From assembly GCA_034780895.1 (NCBI GenBank), contig JAUZTB010000033.1:26124957-26188956 (forward strand): 64,000 nt of DNA, written 5' to 3'. The notes below the pieces were generated by a model. The model saw only the letters and a program-made list of their open reading frames with translations. It had not been told where the DNA came from and made no database searches. Numbering within the stretch: the first letter of the stretch is position 1; each line of letters starts with the position of its first letter. The translations under genes were made by a program, and so were the position numbers. The stretch is from Rhynchobatus australiae (Eukaryota). Below, in pieces: positions 24,770 to 38,055 of this stretch.

Positions 24770-25230
24770 GGGAAATCCTGTGGGTTCTGAGGTGGCATAT
24801 GAAGCCATTGTGGGATCTGCAGACTCTGTGAAAAGTGGGGCAGGAAGTTGTTGATGGGATGTTGGGTGGGTAGAATGGGAAGTGGTGTGCTGCTCTACTA
24901 TTTTTGCTGGGCTTCTGCATGCTCCTTACAAAGAAGTTGTAGGTTGTCACTGCCATCTTGAATACTCCTTTTCCATTTTGATAGGTCATGGTCCAGAAAT
25001 CCTCATGAATTGGGAACGATGTTACATTTTTTTCAAAGAGTTTGAGAGCATTTCCTCTGCCTTTCAGGTAATCTCTTGCCATGATGGAACTTGGTAGAGT
25101 TTTGGGAGTGTTGGGCATGAGAGCAATGTTGGAGCCCGTAGGGTGTGATCAGAGCCTGGTTGCTGGGATTGTTGCCCTATGAGAGGATGTTGACATCAGT
25201 TCACTAATTCTACCAATAGATTTGGAGGAT
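24770..25230 (-). mobile_element. RTE-clade LINE C-terminal fragment
   Basis: ORF 24765..25118 ends TTSCPTFHRVCRSHNGFICHLRTH, the RTE-type C-terminal CCHH finger. Confidence 0.75.
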
Positions 25231-26029
25231 TATAAAACCACAAAATTGCAATTGCTGTTACAGTTATTAGGTGTTATAGGTGTTTGGTTAGTATTACAGT
25301 TAAGGCTTAGAAAATATATTGACAATGTATTTATCGTTGTCCATAATAAAGGCAAATATTGAATTTTGGAATGCGAGATTGGATGTATATGAAAGTTATT
25401 TCGTTGGAGGAGTGAACAGGAGAAATTGTCTATGTCCATGTACAGTGGATTCAGTACAGATGTTAAATTTGGCGTCTATTTGTAGAGTTTGTGGTCAAGT
25501 GGACTAAGAAAATGACCTGATATTTGCTAATATATCATAAAATATTTTCTCTTGTAAATACTTAACTATTTAATATGTAGATGTTGATTTGTATGGGTTT
25601 GTTACTTTCAGAGAAAGCATGGTGAGTGTATCGTTAGAACAGTCTGTACCATGTGACATATACGTATGTTACTTAACCTATAGTTAAAAGTTGTGGCTTT
25701 TCAATGAAGGATGTTTTGTTGGTAACTATCATTGTTACTTGTCAACACAATAAAAGCCTATAGACACTACTATAAGTCACAGTCATAAGTCTTAAAATTA
25801 GCAACTTAAAATGGTTGGAATTGGTGACGATGTCTGATTCTTGATTTGAGAGATGAATTGTTTAGATTTGTAAAATATATCATTAAGGAAAAATTTCAAG
25901 TGGTATGATTATTTTAGATTACACTGGTATCTTGTTTAGTGCCCAGAATATGTTTCCAGGAATGAGAACATGAATGGAATCAAGGCTGAAAAGGATCATT
26001 ATACATATAGAGATGCATTTCTGACAGCA

Positions 26030-26300
26030 TGGAGTCATAGTTACACAGCACAGAAACAGGCCTTTTAGCCCAACTTGTCCCTGCTCATCAAGTGTCTTCC
26101 TGAGCTAATCCCATTTGGGCCACATCCCTCTTAACCTTTCCTATCCATGCATTTGTTCGAATGTCTTTTAAATGTTGTCTTTGCCTTCATCACTTCCTCT
26201 GGCAGCTTGTTCCATGAACCCACCACCTTGTGTGTGGGGGGAAATACTTGCCTCCCAGGTTCTCTATTAAATCTTACCCTCTCACCTTTTAACCTACAGG
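26030..26300 (-). mobile_element. CR1 3' end
   Basis: ORF 26131..26328 (KVVGSWNKLPEEVM..TTFKRH..MDRKG); tail acagcacagaaacaggcc. Confidence 0.8.
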
Positions 26301-26747
26301 GAATCGAAGATCTATGTGAATAGTGCAAGCAGTGGCCTGTCTCCTTAGCTAATTAGTAGTAGTCTTGGAGAAATTCAGGTTGAGGTTCATTTTTGACCCT
26401 ATGCATTAATGAAATTTGACCCCATTGACTTGAACTAAATTTTGGAAGGAGCATTATTGCAAGTAATAAAGGATGAGTTCCTACTCCATAGTTTTTAGCC
26501 TGGAATATATATTTATTTCAATGCCAAATCACGTACGGGAAATGAAATAAAGAGGACATGAAAATGGGACTGAGATGTTTAAAAAAAAAATGGGGTGGGG
26601 GGGTGGTGAAGGGTGGAGAATCAAATTACATATTGGGAAATCATAATTCAGAAAGCACTTTAGACTGGTTCCAAAGAGTAGCACTTGAGTCCAGATTTCA
26701 TTCTCAGCATATCATTTCCTTATGTGGATGGTACCTAACCTTTAAAT

Positions 26748-26984
26748 TTTATTTACAGCTTCGTAACAGGCCCTTCCGGTCTAATGAGGCCATGCCGCCC
26801 ATTTTAAACCCATATTAACCTAACCGTATGTCTTTGGAATGTGGGAGGAAACCGGAGCACCCAGAGGAAACCCATGCAGACATGGGAGAATGTACAAACT
26901 CCTTACAGACAGCGATGGGAATCGAACACTGATCGCCGGTGCTGTAATAGCGTCGTGCTAACCGCTATGTTACCGTGCTGTCCC
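26748..26984 (-). mobile_element. V-SINE (HE1-like), same subfamily as 21711-21931
   Basis: Reverse B box gaatcgaac; complete reverse V domain ggaatgtgggaggaaaccggagcacccagaggaaacccatgcagac. Confidence 0.9.
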
Positions 26985-27482
26985 GATCACTGTTCAGTGC
27001 CCATGAAATTGCTTGGTGGTAATCAAGCCTTATAATGCTTTTGAAAATTTACCAACATTTAAATTGGCAAGTCCATTATAATCTATATAATTAGTACTGC
27101 AGATTTGCATCCTTGCATTTATTTTGCATTTAACACCTGAGCCTCTGAGAGAGGAACCATAATAACACCCCTTGTATGGGAATTAGTTATCTACAACTGA
27201 AACTTTGATTTCTACAGTTTACAGCACTTGGGTGGAACCAGAAATTGTCATAACCTGGTAGTTTTCCTTTATAATAGTAAGCACTGGTACTTTCACGATT
27301 ATAATTTCTTGAAAACCTGGTCCATTTTATTACCTATTTACATCACAAAAGATCAAGGATCTCTTCCACACTGTCGCTGCCAGAAACAAATAAATGGTGT
27401 ACTTGCAATTATTAACTGCACTTTTGACAGAATATTTATTTTTAAACTCTAACATGTATTTACTAATCAAATTTACAAGACA

Positions 27483-27722
27483 CAGCAAAACTCTATTAAA
27501 TTGGTCGGAAATCCCAATGGTTCAGTGTCTGGCTTGTTGGGCCCTTGTTCCCATGCTCCTTTTAAACTCTGCTTTGTAAAGCAAAATTTATTGTACTGTT
27601 GTGTAACATCCAAAAAAAGATGAAATAGAAGTGTGTTGGTGTATTAATAAGAATAAGATCCAATATTCCAGAAAATCTACTGGGCAAAGTTCTAAGGGTA
27701 CCAGATTATCAGAGTTTTACTG
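27483..27722. mobile_element. Tigger-type MITE relic
   Basis: Left CAGCAAAACTCTATTAAATTGG versus reverse complement of right end CAGTAAAACTCTGATAATCTGG; TA on the right flank. Confidence 0.55.
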
Positions 27723-28033
27723 TAGATTAAGTTTAAACATAGAAAATATTGGAAATACTGAGCAGATCAGACAGGATTGATGGAGAGAAACAGTTAATGT
27801 TTAAGGTTGATCTGATGTGAAGCATTTTCAGTTTTCCAGTATCTGTACCACTTTGCTTTATCATTTAATTCTAATTTGATTTTTTTTCTCAGTATTCTGA
27901 GCTGTATTCTGAGTTGCTCCAGTTAAATTATTTTGAGATTTTTATTCACATCTATGATGCAACACTAGAGGTGGAAAGCATTTTGTTTTGATCTTCATCT
28001 TTTGGAAATGAGAAAGTACTGTTCCTCAATGAC

Positions 28034-28220
28034 TACGGGTCCTCCCGAGCTTACAAACATCTGACTTGTGTATTGACTGTACATCCAAATGGGCATTTGG
28101 GAGACTGTTGGTATTGATTTGCCAACTGCTGTTGGCATCTTCTGTTGCCTGGGAACTAAGTTTGTGGCTACAATTCTGATTTGTGAACTGTTCAGGTTAC
28201 ATAACCTAGGAATGTCCTGT
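28034..28220. mobile_element. Possible short Tigger-type MITE relic
   Basis: Left tacgggtcctcccgagcttac, right cataacctaggaatgtcctgta; weak TIR match. Confidence 0.35.
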
Positions 28221-28256
28221 ATTGGTTTATTATTGTCACTTGTACCAAGGTACAGT
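28219..28256 (-). mobile_element. Rex1/Babar 3' tail running into a gap
   Basis: tattggtttattattgtcacttgtaccaaggtacagt is nearly identical to the tail at 31955-31991. Confidence 0.7.
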
Positions 28257-30889
28257 NNNNNNNNNNNNNNNNNNNNNNNNNNNNNNNNNNNNNNNNNNNN
28301 NNNNNNNNNNNNNNNNNNNNNNNNNNNNNNNNNNNNNNNNNNNNNNNNNNNNNNNNNNNNNNNNNNNNNNNNNNNNNNNNNNNNNNNNCCACCAACTCAC
28401 AACACTTCTGTCAAAAACTTACCCCTTGGATTTCCAAGTTGAGAAATAATTTGCTCAAGTTGGAATGCAAACTGGGGAAAAAAAAATCAGTCATATTTAA
28501 TTCTCTGGATTTATTAGGTAACATTCTGTGCAGTACTGTCTTCATGCAAGTTCTAGTAAGGGAAATAATATGAAGTAGTACTTTTTTGAGATTGCTTGAT
28601 GCCCAGGAATGTGCCATTTCTGCAGCACAATGATTGTAGTTGCTTTTCTTGATAAAGCTATTTAGAAATTTATCTCTCCACTATCAAAGTAACATCCTTC
28701 ACCAGTCAAATTATTGAATTCATGTTCTTTTCCAAGTTGTGTGGAGTTTGCCTGCAGTTTATAAAGTGCAAAATTTGTTTCATTGTACCTGTTATTAACG
28801 GCAGATGTTTTGAATTCATCCTGATATGGCCAAAAAGACCTTGTAAAATATTTTGGCTTTCTTGCAACTATTAAGTGTGTTGCAAACTTTTGCTATATTT
28901 TCTGTGCAATTAATATTTGTTTTAAGAACTTTGAAAACAATTGAAGGTGGAGGTATTGAAATTGATTCTGTTCAATCCAATAATTATGCAGCACACAATA
29001 ATGTAATTTGGTCCTTTGCACTCCACGAGCTATGTTATCCACAGTTCCATTTTGTCCATCCTCTTGCATCATTGTTAGTTGAGAATGCTGTCTTTTATTG
29101 CTCAGGAGCAGTTAGTTTGAATTGGTTTAAATTCACGGCTTTCCTCACACTGTATGTTTCTGTATAGTTGAACTCCAATGTTTTCATAAGTTTTATGTAC
29201 CAATTTAACAGATTCCCAGTTTGTAGAAAAGCTCACACCCAATTCAGATGTATATGGAATTATTGAGAATATATGCCCAGGGCTTTTTATTAAGCTTGCA
29301 TCTGAATTTCAAATTAGCCATATTTCTGGTTGATATATTAGGCAATTCTGTGGTAAAATTCATAATCTCTTTCTTTACCATTTCTTGTGATTTTACAGCT
29401 GGCTCCTTTCCAACATAGAAATTGTGGGAAGAAATTAATTTTGGACTGATGTCTGAAACGTATTTGTTAAATTTCAGATCAAATTTCTGTGTTGATGAAA
29501 AATCTGTCTTACTAATTAACTGTCACTTGACTAATCCTAGAAAAAAAAACATTTATTGTGGTTTTAGTCCTGAACAGGTATTCATTTTGAAAACTTGTCA
29601 GTTGAAAGACTCAAGGTTTGCATTACTGCATGGTGTCATTCCCTTGCCCAAGTGGCTAGCTTTTCAAAGGATATTTGGTAAAACAAACTTTATAAATTAC
29701 CCAGCCACCTGAGAGTATTAATTTCTGGGATGGTAAATATCTGATGTGCATATTCTTATGTTAATCTAAATTTAATTATCTTAGCTGAATGTACATGTGG
29801 AAATTTAGACTAAGCTACCAATGAAATGAAAATAAGAAAGTTAAGGAACTTTACAGAGGATGTTCGCAGTCTTTTAAAGCAATAGCTAGCACAGCTGTAA
29901 TAGATGAGGTTAGTTTTGGTGAAATATTATTAAATTTAAGGCACATGCCAAATGTGATTTATGCATATCTTTATGAGAAATCAGCAGAAAAATGCCTCCC
30001 TCTACTGGTGATATCAAACTAACCCAACCATGATGTCATTCCCAATTTCCTGTAGCACAGGAGAACCAAGTAACCAATTCATATCAGAGTGATTACATTT
30101 GATAGTATTTAAAGGATAAAGATTAATGTAGTAGTTTAGATCACAGAAGACTTGGTGCTGGGGGATGTGTTGTGAATTTGGAAGATTTGGGGTATTTTCT
30201 TATTTGGCTTTGATTTGCCTAAAGGAGTGGAGACATCTTCTGCATAGGGTATNNNNNNNNNNNNNNNNNNNNNNNNNNNNNNNNNNNNNNNNNNNNNNNN
30301 NNNNNNNNNNNNNNNNNNNNNNNNNNNNNNNNNNNNNNNNNNNNNNNNNNNNATGAACACAGTATTTCCTAATGATTTGCAGTATAACTATGCTGCCACA
30401 TTTGACAAAACATTTTGCATCTTGATTTCATAACAATACATATAAATCCACAAAAGTGGGGATGGAGTTGGGTTTTCTCTTTGGAAGTAAGTTGGCAATC
30501 TGTTCTGCTGCTTGTCCCTGACTCTGCATTCTGTGACCATATTCATTTGTCCATTTTGGGCATATTATTGAAAGCCTCTTTAAAAATTGAGATAAACTGC
30601 ATTTGTTACGTGACCAATATTTACCCTTCCTTTCAATAAGTTCAATAAAATTGGACAAGAAAGAAATTCCCTTTTTCAAATCCTTGGTGACTTCTTATAC
30701 TGCTGGTTTTTAAAAGTTTTTTTCTGTACTTTTAATAGAGATACTGTTTTTCAGATCATTTGTGTCAAGATGACTGGATGATAATTTCCTTTCCTAAATA
30801 AAGACATCATGTTTGCAATTCACCGATTCTTTGGCACTATACCTTGAGCTTTGGTGAATATATGTAGTCTTGTCTGTATTATCTCTTTG

Positions 30890-31080
30890 ATAAAACAGAA
30901 AATACTGGAGGTATTGAGCAGGCCAGGGCCATGAGAAGACAAACAATTAAAGTTTAAGCTCTGGTATCCTTCATCAGAAGTGGCAACAAGAAGAGAGAGA
31001 GGAAGCCCTCCCTGGAATGAGATGGTGCCCTGGACCTGAAACATTAACTGCAGATTTCCAGCATCTGCTGTTTTTAAATT
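30890..31080. mobile_element. Fold-back Penelope-terminus-derived element
   Basis: aaaacagaaaatactggaggtattgagcaggccagg...ccttcatcagaa (reverse CTGATGAAGG) and gacctgaaacattaactgcagatttccagcatctgc. Confidence 0.65.
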
Positions 31081-31774
31081 TTCATTTGCTGTCTCTTTGC
31101 ATTCATAATATAAAAGGAATTCAATCCATTTGGGCTTGGGATTTTTATCGACTAAGTTTGATTATTTTTGATTCATTTTTTTTATTTGCACTCTTTACTC
31201 ATCTCATTATCTACTGTCATGCTCACCTGTTCCAATTCTCTGTTAAATACCAAAGTGAAATAATTATTTATTTCATCTCATGAGAATAGTGAACTAGTGA
31301 GAATAACCATTTTTAGTATTGGGATATATCACTTGCAAACTCTGACATAAGGTATTGATTTTAATATTTAAAATGTGTTCACTAATGGTGGTGAGAAATA
31401 AAGGTAGTCACTGCTCATCATTGCAAGGAATTTTGACAGCAACTTATGGAGGATGCACATGCTCATTTAAGTAAGGATATCCAAGTTGCTGCTGGTCCTG
31501 GTACTGCATTAATTTAAAGCCCTTTCCAAAATCAGCAGAAATTATTGAATTGATGAAAACTTCAGGAACCTGTGAACCATTTTTGCTGTAAAGTACAGTG
31601 TAAGGATATTTCAATTATGGTCATTAAAACTGCAATTATGACTAAATGACTGAGGTCCACTTAATACTGAATAGATTTTACTGCTTAACAGCCACACTGG
31701 TCCCAAAAACATAATTTTGATTTGGGGATCTCTAGTTTGGAAGTTATGTGCATGTCCCTCAACTGTTTTAAGGT

Positions 31775-33790
31775 AGATGAGAAAGTGCAGCCAGGAAAGT
31801 TATAGACCAGTCAGCTTAATATCTGTCATTTTGAAATTGGTATGTATAATTCAGGGCATTAAACAAGCATCTTAATCATTTTCAGGTGATCAAAATGAGT
31901 CTGATGTGCAAAGTGCAGATCATAAGGAACTTGATTTGAATTTTCAGGTATTGGTATTGGTTTATTATTGCCACTTGTACCGAGGTACAGTGGAAAAACT
32001 TGCATACTGTTTGTATAGATCAATTCATCACACAGTGCATTGAGCTGGTACAGGGTAAAAACAGAATACAGAGTAAAGTGTCACAGCTACAGGGAAGTGC
32101 ATTGCAGGTAGACGATAAGGTGCAAGGTCATAATAAGGTAGATTGTGAGGTCAAGAGTTCATCTCATTGTATAAGGGAACAGTTCAGTAGTCTTATAACA
32201 GTGGGATAGAAGCTGTCCTTGAGCCTGGTGGTATGTGCCCTCAAGCTCCTGTATCTTCTGCCTGATGGGAGAGGGGAGAAGAGAGAGTGACCCTGGTGGG
32301 TGGGGTCTTTGATTATGCTGGCTGCTTCACCAAGGCAGATGTATAGAGATATAGGCAGAGTCCATGAAGGGAAGACTGGTTTCCGTGATGTGCTGGGACG
32401 TGTCCACAATTCTCTATAGTTTCTTGCGGTCCCTTGCAGATCAGTTGCCTTACCAAGCTGTGATGCATCCAGATAAGATACTTTCCATGGTTAAAGTTGG
32501 TGAGTATCAAAGGGGACATGCCAAATTTCTTTAGCTTCCTGAGGAAGTAGAGGCGCTGGTGAGCTTTCTTGGCTAGGCATCTACATGGGTGGACCAGGAC
32601 AGGCTATTGGTGATGTTCACTCCCAGGAACTTGAAGCTGTCAACCCTCTCGACCTCAGCACCAATGATGTAGACAGGTGTATGTACACCACCCCCTTTCT
32701 TGAAGTCAATGATCAGCTCTTTTGTTTTGCTGACATTTAGGGAAAGGTTGTTGTCATGACACCATGTCACTAAGCTGTCTATCTCCTTCCTGTACTCTGA
32801 CTCATTGTTAATTGAGCTACAGCCCACTATGGTGGTATCAGCTGCAAACTTGCAGATGGAGTTAGAGCAGAATCTGGCCACACAGTCATGAATACATAGC
32901 GAGGAGCTAAAGTGATTGATGTGATGTTACTTCTAGTAGGTTTTTTTTCTACCAAAAAGACTGATATGATTAAAGCTTGTGTAATTAAAGAAAATTATTG
33001 ACTCAGTTTACTTAGTTGGCTGTGCAGTCAGAGACAAGATTATGCATAACGTTCAGGCACTCCAGTTGGTAGGCTCCAATTTATGGCTTACTGCAGAGAT
33101 CCATGTTGGGCTGTAACAATTCATTCAGTTTAAAAACCATGCACATAGAAAAGAGGACTGCATATTTAAGTTTGCTGAAGGTGTCCTTGTAAGCACTGTA
33201 GGTGGAAGCAGTAAATTACAAGGAGATTAATAGACTAAGTGAATAGGCAAAACTTTAGCAAATAGATTTTAATGTGGACAATAGAGATGTCATCCATTTC
33301 AGATCTAAAGAGAATAGCCCCAAGTACTTGTAAAGCTCAAAGTAAAAAATTTCAAAGACTTGTATGTCAATCATGAAAATGTCATGGAGAAATAAAATAA
33401 TCGTCGAGGCTTACCTCTAGGAACTTAAGTGTAGATTTACCAAAATGATACTTGAATTCCAAGGGTTAAATTGTAAGGAGTGGTTACACAAACTTCAGTT
33501 GTATTCTCTGAGATTTAGATGGTAAATGGGTGGTTTGATTTATGTTTTCAGGATGTTAAGAGGAGATGACCGTACAGGTAGAAGGAAACTATTTTTGAGA
33601 GCAAAATTTGTTAATGGTTTGTGGCTCTTGTAAATGGTAGTTATTGATGGTAAGTTATCTTTAAATCTGAAAATTTTAAAAATTAATTAAAAGGTATTAA
33701 ATGGTAGATGAGAAAGGTAAATGTATGGAATAGAGTCAATGTTTTGCCGTGATCTCTTTGAATGGGGAAACTGGCTTAAGTCACTGTTCT
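31775..33790 (+). mobile_element. Old CR1 relic split by the Rex1/Babar insertion
   Basis: ccaggaaagttatagaccagtcagcttaatatctg (PG.YRPVSL.S) before 31945; RT remainder (taagtttgctgaag, KFA.; agatttaccaaaatgata, RFTKMI) after 32910. Confidence 0.6.
31949..32905 (-). mobile_element. Rex1/Babar non-LTR retrotransposon, 5'-truncated
   Basis: ORF 32573..32881 (KFAADTTIVG..ESEYRKEIDSLVTWCHDNNLSLNVSKTKELIIDFKK) and 32164..32409 (HSLFSPLPSGRRYRSLRAHTTRLKDSFYPTVIRLLN); (CCAATA)n tail. Confidence 0.9.
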
Positions 33791-36224
33791 AAGCAAGGAA
33801 TGGCTTAGTGCATTATTTGCAGTGGAGGCTATAGGCCCTAACAATATATTGGCTTTTGTGTTGGAGAACTTGCTGGGTCTCCAGCCAAGTTGTTTTGCTA
33901 TAGCTGCATGACTAGCAATGAAAGAACAATGTGCAAAATTGCTTGTGTGAGTGTTCTCCAGAAGAAACAGGATAAATCCAATCCTGCTAAAATTTTCACC
34001 CATCACTTCCCCTACCCTCTTCCTCATTGGAAGTACCATCAAGTGACATTTACTCATGCATAGCATGTCCAACAATGATTTTCACAGGATTATTTGTCTC
34101 AGCACTGGAATTTAGTTTTAAGGTCAAGCATTAACAAAATGGCTAAATTCCAAAGATAAAATGAAGTAATTGTTCCTTGCATGGAAGGCACCATTTGACC
34201 ATTTTATGGTGAAGCCACCATAAAATGAGAATGAGGGTAAACTTATTTATTGGATCTCCTGCACAATGGAAAATTATTGTGATTTATTGGGAGAGAGAGA
34301 TCATCTCAGCCCGAAGGGAATACTAAAGGAGTTCCTTGGGATGGAATCCTAAACCCAACATCTTTAGCTGTTTCATCAGTGACATTTGTTCCCTCTTGTC
34401 AGAAGTGGAAATGTTCAGTAATAATTGTAGTCTGTAAATTCATGAGGTTCACATCCAGATTGCTTATGAATTGTACACCTGGAGGTGTAATAACAAAGAT
34501 TACAAGATATTTTCAGAAGAGTAAAATACTTAAAACTACTTCAAATTAATCATTCCATATTATCAATGATAGTATCTTTGGTACTTCATGGAATACAGCT
34601 ATTTAAAAAAAAATGATTCTGGAAACTTGGCCTTGATCTCTCATCCTGACAATTTGTCCCAAATGGAGAGACAGCTGTATTTAGGACACAACTTGTCTCA
34701 AATGTTGATTGGCACCCACAAAGAAGACGTACTTAAATTTGTTTCTCCACCTTCAGCTGTGTTTGTTAACATCTAAATGGCACTTGTATATCAAGTGAAC
34801 AGTGTGATTTACTCTGGTGTCAGTAGAACAAATCATGGTGAGTCAGAAAGTATTATTTCAGTTATTTAGTGATCTTGAGCATCTGAATTATTCAGGGACA
34901 ATTTTTCCTTTTTTGGCTGCAGTGTGTTTAAACCTAAAATAATGCAGTTTTGTATATTAATTTGATGAATTGTTCAATGTATAGGCTTAATATATTGTAA
35001 GTAGTGACAGTATGGTGCACCATCTTTTCATAAGCTGATCAGCAGAAACAATTTTTCTTCTACAGGTTCATAAGTACTTGAATAGATGCTTTGTCACAAC
35101 AAGAGATGGTTGTCAAGGGAACCATTTTAATTGTACCAGATTATAAAGTGTCATTCTATAATGTACCTGGTAGGTATTTTCAAAAGGTTTAAATGTGGTC
35201 CAGAAGTCATAGTAACAGGACACACTTTTTATTTCCTGTTGCCTTTTGGATTTTTCCAAAGGTCTTCTAATACAGCTTTGTAAAAGTGGTACTGTGTAAC
35301 CAGTTGCTAGGAAGTGTGTATATATAAGTGTGCTTATTCCCTTGAAGGGTAATTCTTTATTTCTATTTGTTGTGTTTCTCTGATTGTTGGAGAAACTACT
35401 TGGCTCTAACAATATTATATCTTTAATGAAAGTCCACCCACAAAACAACATACTACTACAAAAATCTTCTTGGTTGCATGGCCTGCTATACAAACATTTT
35501 AATATTCAAGGCAGCATGGTAACTAAATTGAAATACCAGTGCACTGTCATGGAGTAATAAAGCATGAGTTGGCTGCTTTGATTTGTTCATGTGAAAATTT
35601 CTGACCTCTGATATTCTGCTATGATTGAAGCTTTATATAGATAACAAGATTTTTTTTCTTTCGGAGGTTGGGAGTAAGGTCAGGGAAAATAAAGGAGTGA
35701 CTTGTGATTATCTGCACAACATTAGATGACTGATTTGAAAACAATATTTTCAAAAGGATGGGAAATGATTATTTATTTGATGTCACGGTTGCATATGGTA
35801 TCAAGAGATTAGAAATGACAGAAAATCTAATATAAGTACAAAACAAAATGCTACCTATATTACAGGGCAAGCAATTGAAGTGAGATTATTTCATTTCTGA
35901 AATCAGTAAATTTAATTCTAAATATATTNNNNNNNNNNNNNNNNNNNNNNNNNNNNNNNNNNNNNNNNNNNNNNNNNNNNNNNNNNNNNNNNNNNNNNNN
36001 NNNNNNNNNNNNNNNNNNNNNNNNNNNNTTGAAGTGAGATTTTTGCATTTCTGAAATCAGTAAATTTAATGCTAAATATTTTAAATTGATAATCTAACTT
36101 GGGGGGGGGGGAAGGTGAAACAGCGCTTATGTGTCATCTATTAACGTTCTTCAAAGAAGATTTAAAATAGTTTATTTTTGAGGCAATTTTTATATGTATG
36201 AAGTTTTGTCTGATGCAATCTTAA

Positions 36225-36395
36225 ACCCAAGGAAGTTGTGGAATTCCCTCTTGCCTTTAAGTCTGTGACCTTTCAAGATTCCTTAAAACCTTTTTGACCG
36301 AGGTCATGTCTCCGATTGTCTTCTGTGAGTTGGTGTTGAATTCTATTTCATAATTCTGTAGTGAAGTATTTTGTAAAAGGCGTTGTAGAAGTATT
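36225..36395 (+). mobile_element. L2-like 3' tail relic
   Basis: tggaattccctc...ccttaaaacctttttgacc...ctgtagtgaag...taaaaggcgttgtagaagt resembles a vertebrate L2 3' end. Confidence 0.45.
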
Positions 36396-37422
36396 ATTCT
36401 GGAACTGATAGTATTGTGGAACAGTTTAAATAGTGGAATAAGATCTAATTCCCTAAAATAAAAAAAGTGGAATGGCCCATTTTGGGATCTAGCTGAGTAA
36501 TATTTCAGTAGAAAAAAAATGGTCATTTTATTGTATCCAAAAAAAGCCATCAAGATGTTGCCAAATACAAGATCCATCTCAAGGAGGCAGTCTTGCACTA
36601 CTTTGGTTTNNNNNNNNNNNNNNNNNNNNNNNNNNNNNNNNNNNNNNNNNNNNNNNNNNNNNNNNNNNNNNNNNNNNNNNNNNNNNNNNNNNNNNNNNNN
36701 NNNNNNNNNGGGGCTAACCCTGGGGTCTTTGTGGTCAATGCACTACTTTGGTTTTGCATAGGCTGTAAAGTTTTGTTTAAGCAAAAAGTTGTTTTCTTTT
36801 AATCAATTCTTTTGCTAATGTGTTTAAAAAGAAAATAATCACTATTCAACACTAGATCACAACAGCCCTTCCTTGGGCAAGATTTTGAAAAGGCAGATCT
36901 TGAATATAGTGTTCTGCATTAAAAATTCAGTGTGAATGTTAGTATACATTCTGTTGTTAGTGTTATAAATTTGTCTGTATTTTTAGTGTATGGCAACTTT
37001 CCAGTAAGTACATACTTTAACTCCCACATCTACGGTTTCTCGGTATCAAGTCCATAATAAGCAAAAATGTAGCTGAATATTGCATTTGAACACATTAAGC
37101 TACGAATAGTAGTGACAGAAGGGTTGAATTTTTTTGTGAGATGTGAATTCAAATTTAATACAATTGAGTTGCCCCTTAATTTCACCCATGGTTGTTTGGT
37201 TCATTCTGTCTGGGATAGTACACGGGAGTTAATATACACTTATATTTCCTAGCTCTTCTCCTACCCTTTTTAAAAGATGTATATGCTTACTGAGGTTCAA
37301 CTGCCATGGAAAATGTTACTCTAAATTTAACTTTCAGATGCTGATTGACCTACTGTACAGACTGGTCCCTGTCTCACCATTCCCCCTCTCCTCTTTTGAC
37401 TGGCTGTCTTTTCTCTCCACTG

Positions 37423-37458
37423 AGTCCTGATGCAGGGTTTTGACCCAAAATGTAAACT
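37423..37458 (+). ncRNA. Decayed minimal type-I hammerhead ribozyme motif in a Penelope terminus relic (about 37333-37470)
   Basis: agtc CTGATGCA GGGT tttg ACCC AAAATGTA aact; stem II intact, core differs from CUGAUGA...GAAACGUH, probably inactive. Confidence 0.5.
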
Positions 37459-37896
37459 GTTCCATTTCCTCCCCCCCCCCCGCCACACCCGAAANNNNNN
37501 NNNNNNNNNNNNNNNNNNNNNNNNNNNNNNNNNNNNNNNNNNNNNNNNNNNNNNNNNNNNNNNNNNNNNNNNNNNNNNNNNNNNNNNNNNNNNNCTTATC
37601 CGGCACTCAGCCACAGCTCAAGAGAAAAATGGGAGTCCAATGCTGGTGTGGCGCGGAGGCAGCCAGATTTATTATTGGGAAGGCGAGGAGCTGGCTGACA
37701 GGCTTTGGTCTCCCGGAATCCAGTACAAAGGCAGCTGAAATTCTCTCACACACAGCGAGGCAGATCACATTCACGCACAAGCTGACAGCTCAGGCTTTGC
37801 CCTGTTCACTCATTTGGTGGGGTGTCCTCATTCACTGGCTGCGAGTGCCTGTCACTGCAATAGGCAGGCGAGAGTTTACATTCATTGAGGTTCAGC

Positions 37897-37922
37897 CTCT
37901 CTCTCTCTCTCTCCCCCTCCCT

Positions 37923-37954
<32 letters not shown>

Positions 37955-37976
37955 CGCACACATACACACACACACA
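37897..37976. repeat. Compound (CT)n/(CTCTCC)n/(CA)n microsatellite
   Basis: Directly visible. Confidence 0.95.
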
Positions 37977-38055
37977 GTCAGATCGAGGTGCTCCTCTCAG
38001 TGTCTCTCTCTGCAGTCACTCACGGAGAGGGCAATTCTGCCTCGTCGCGGGCTCC

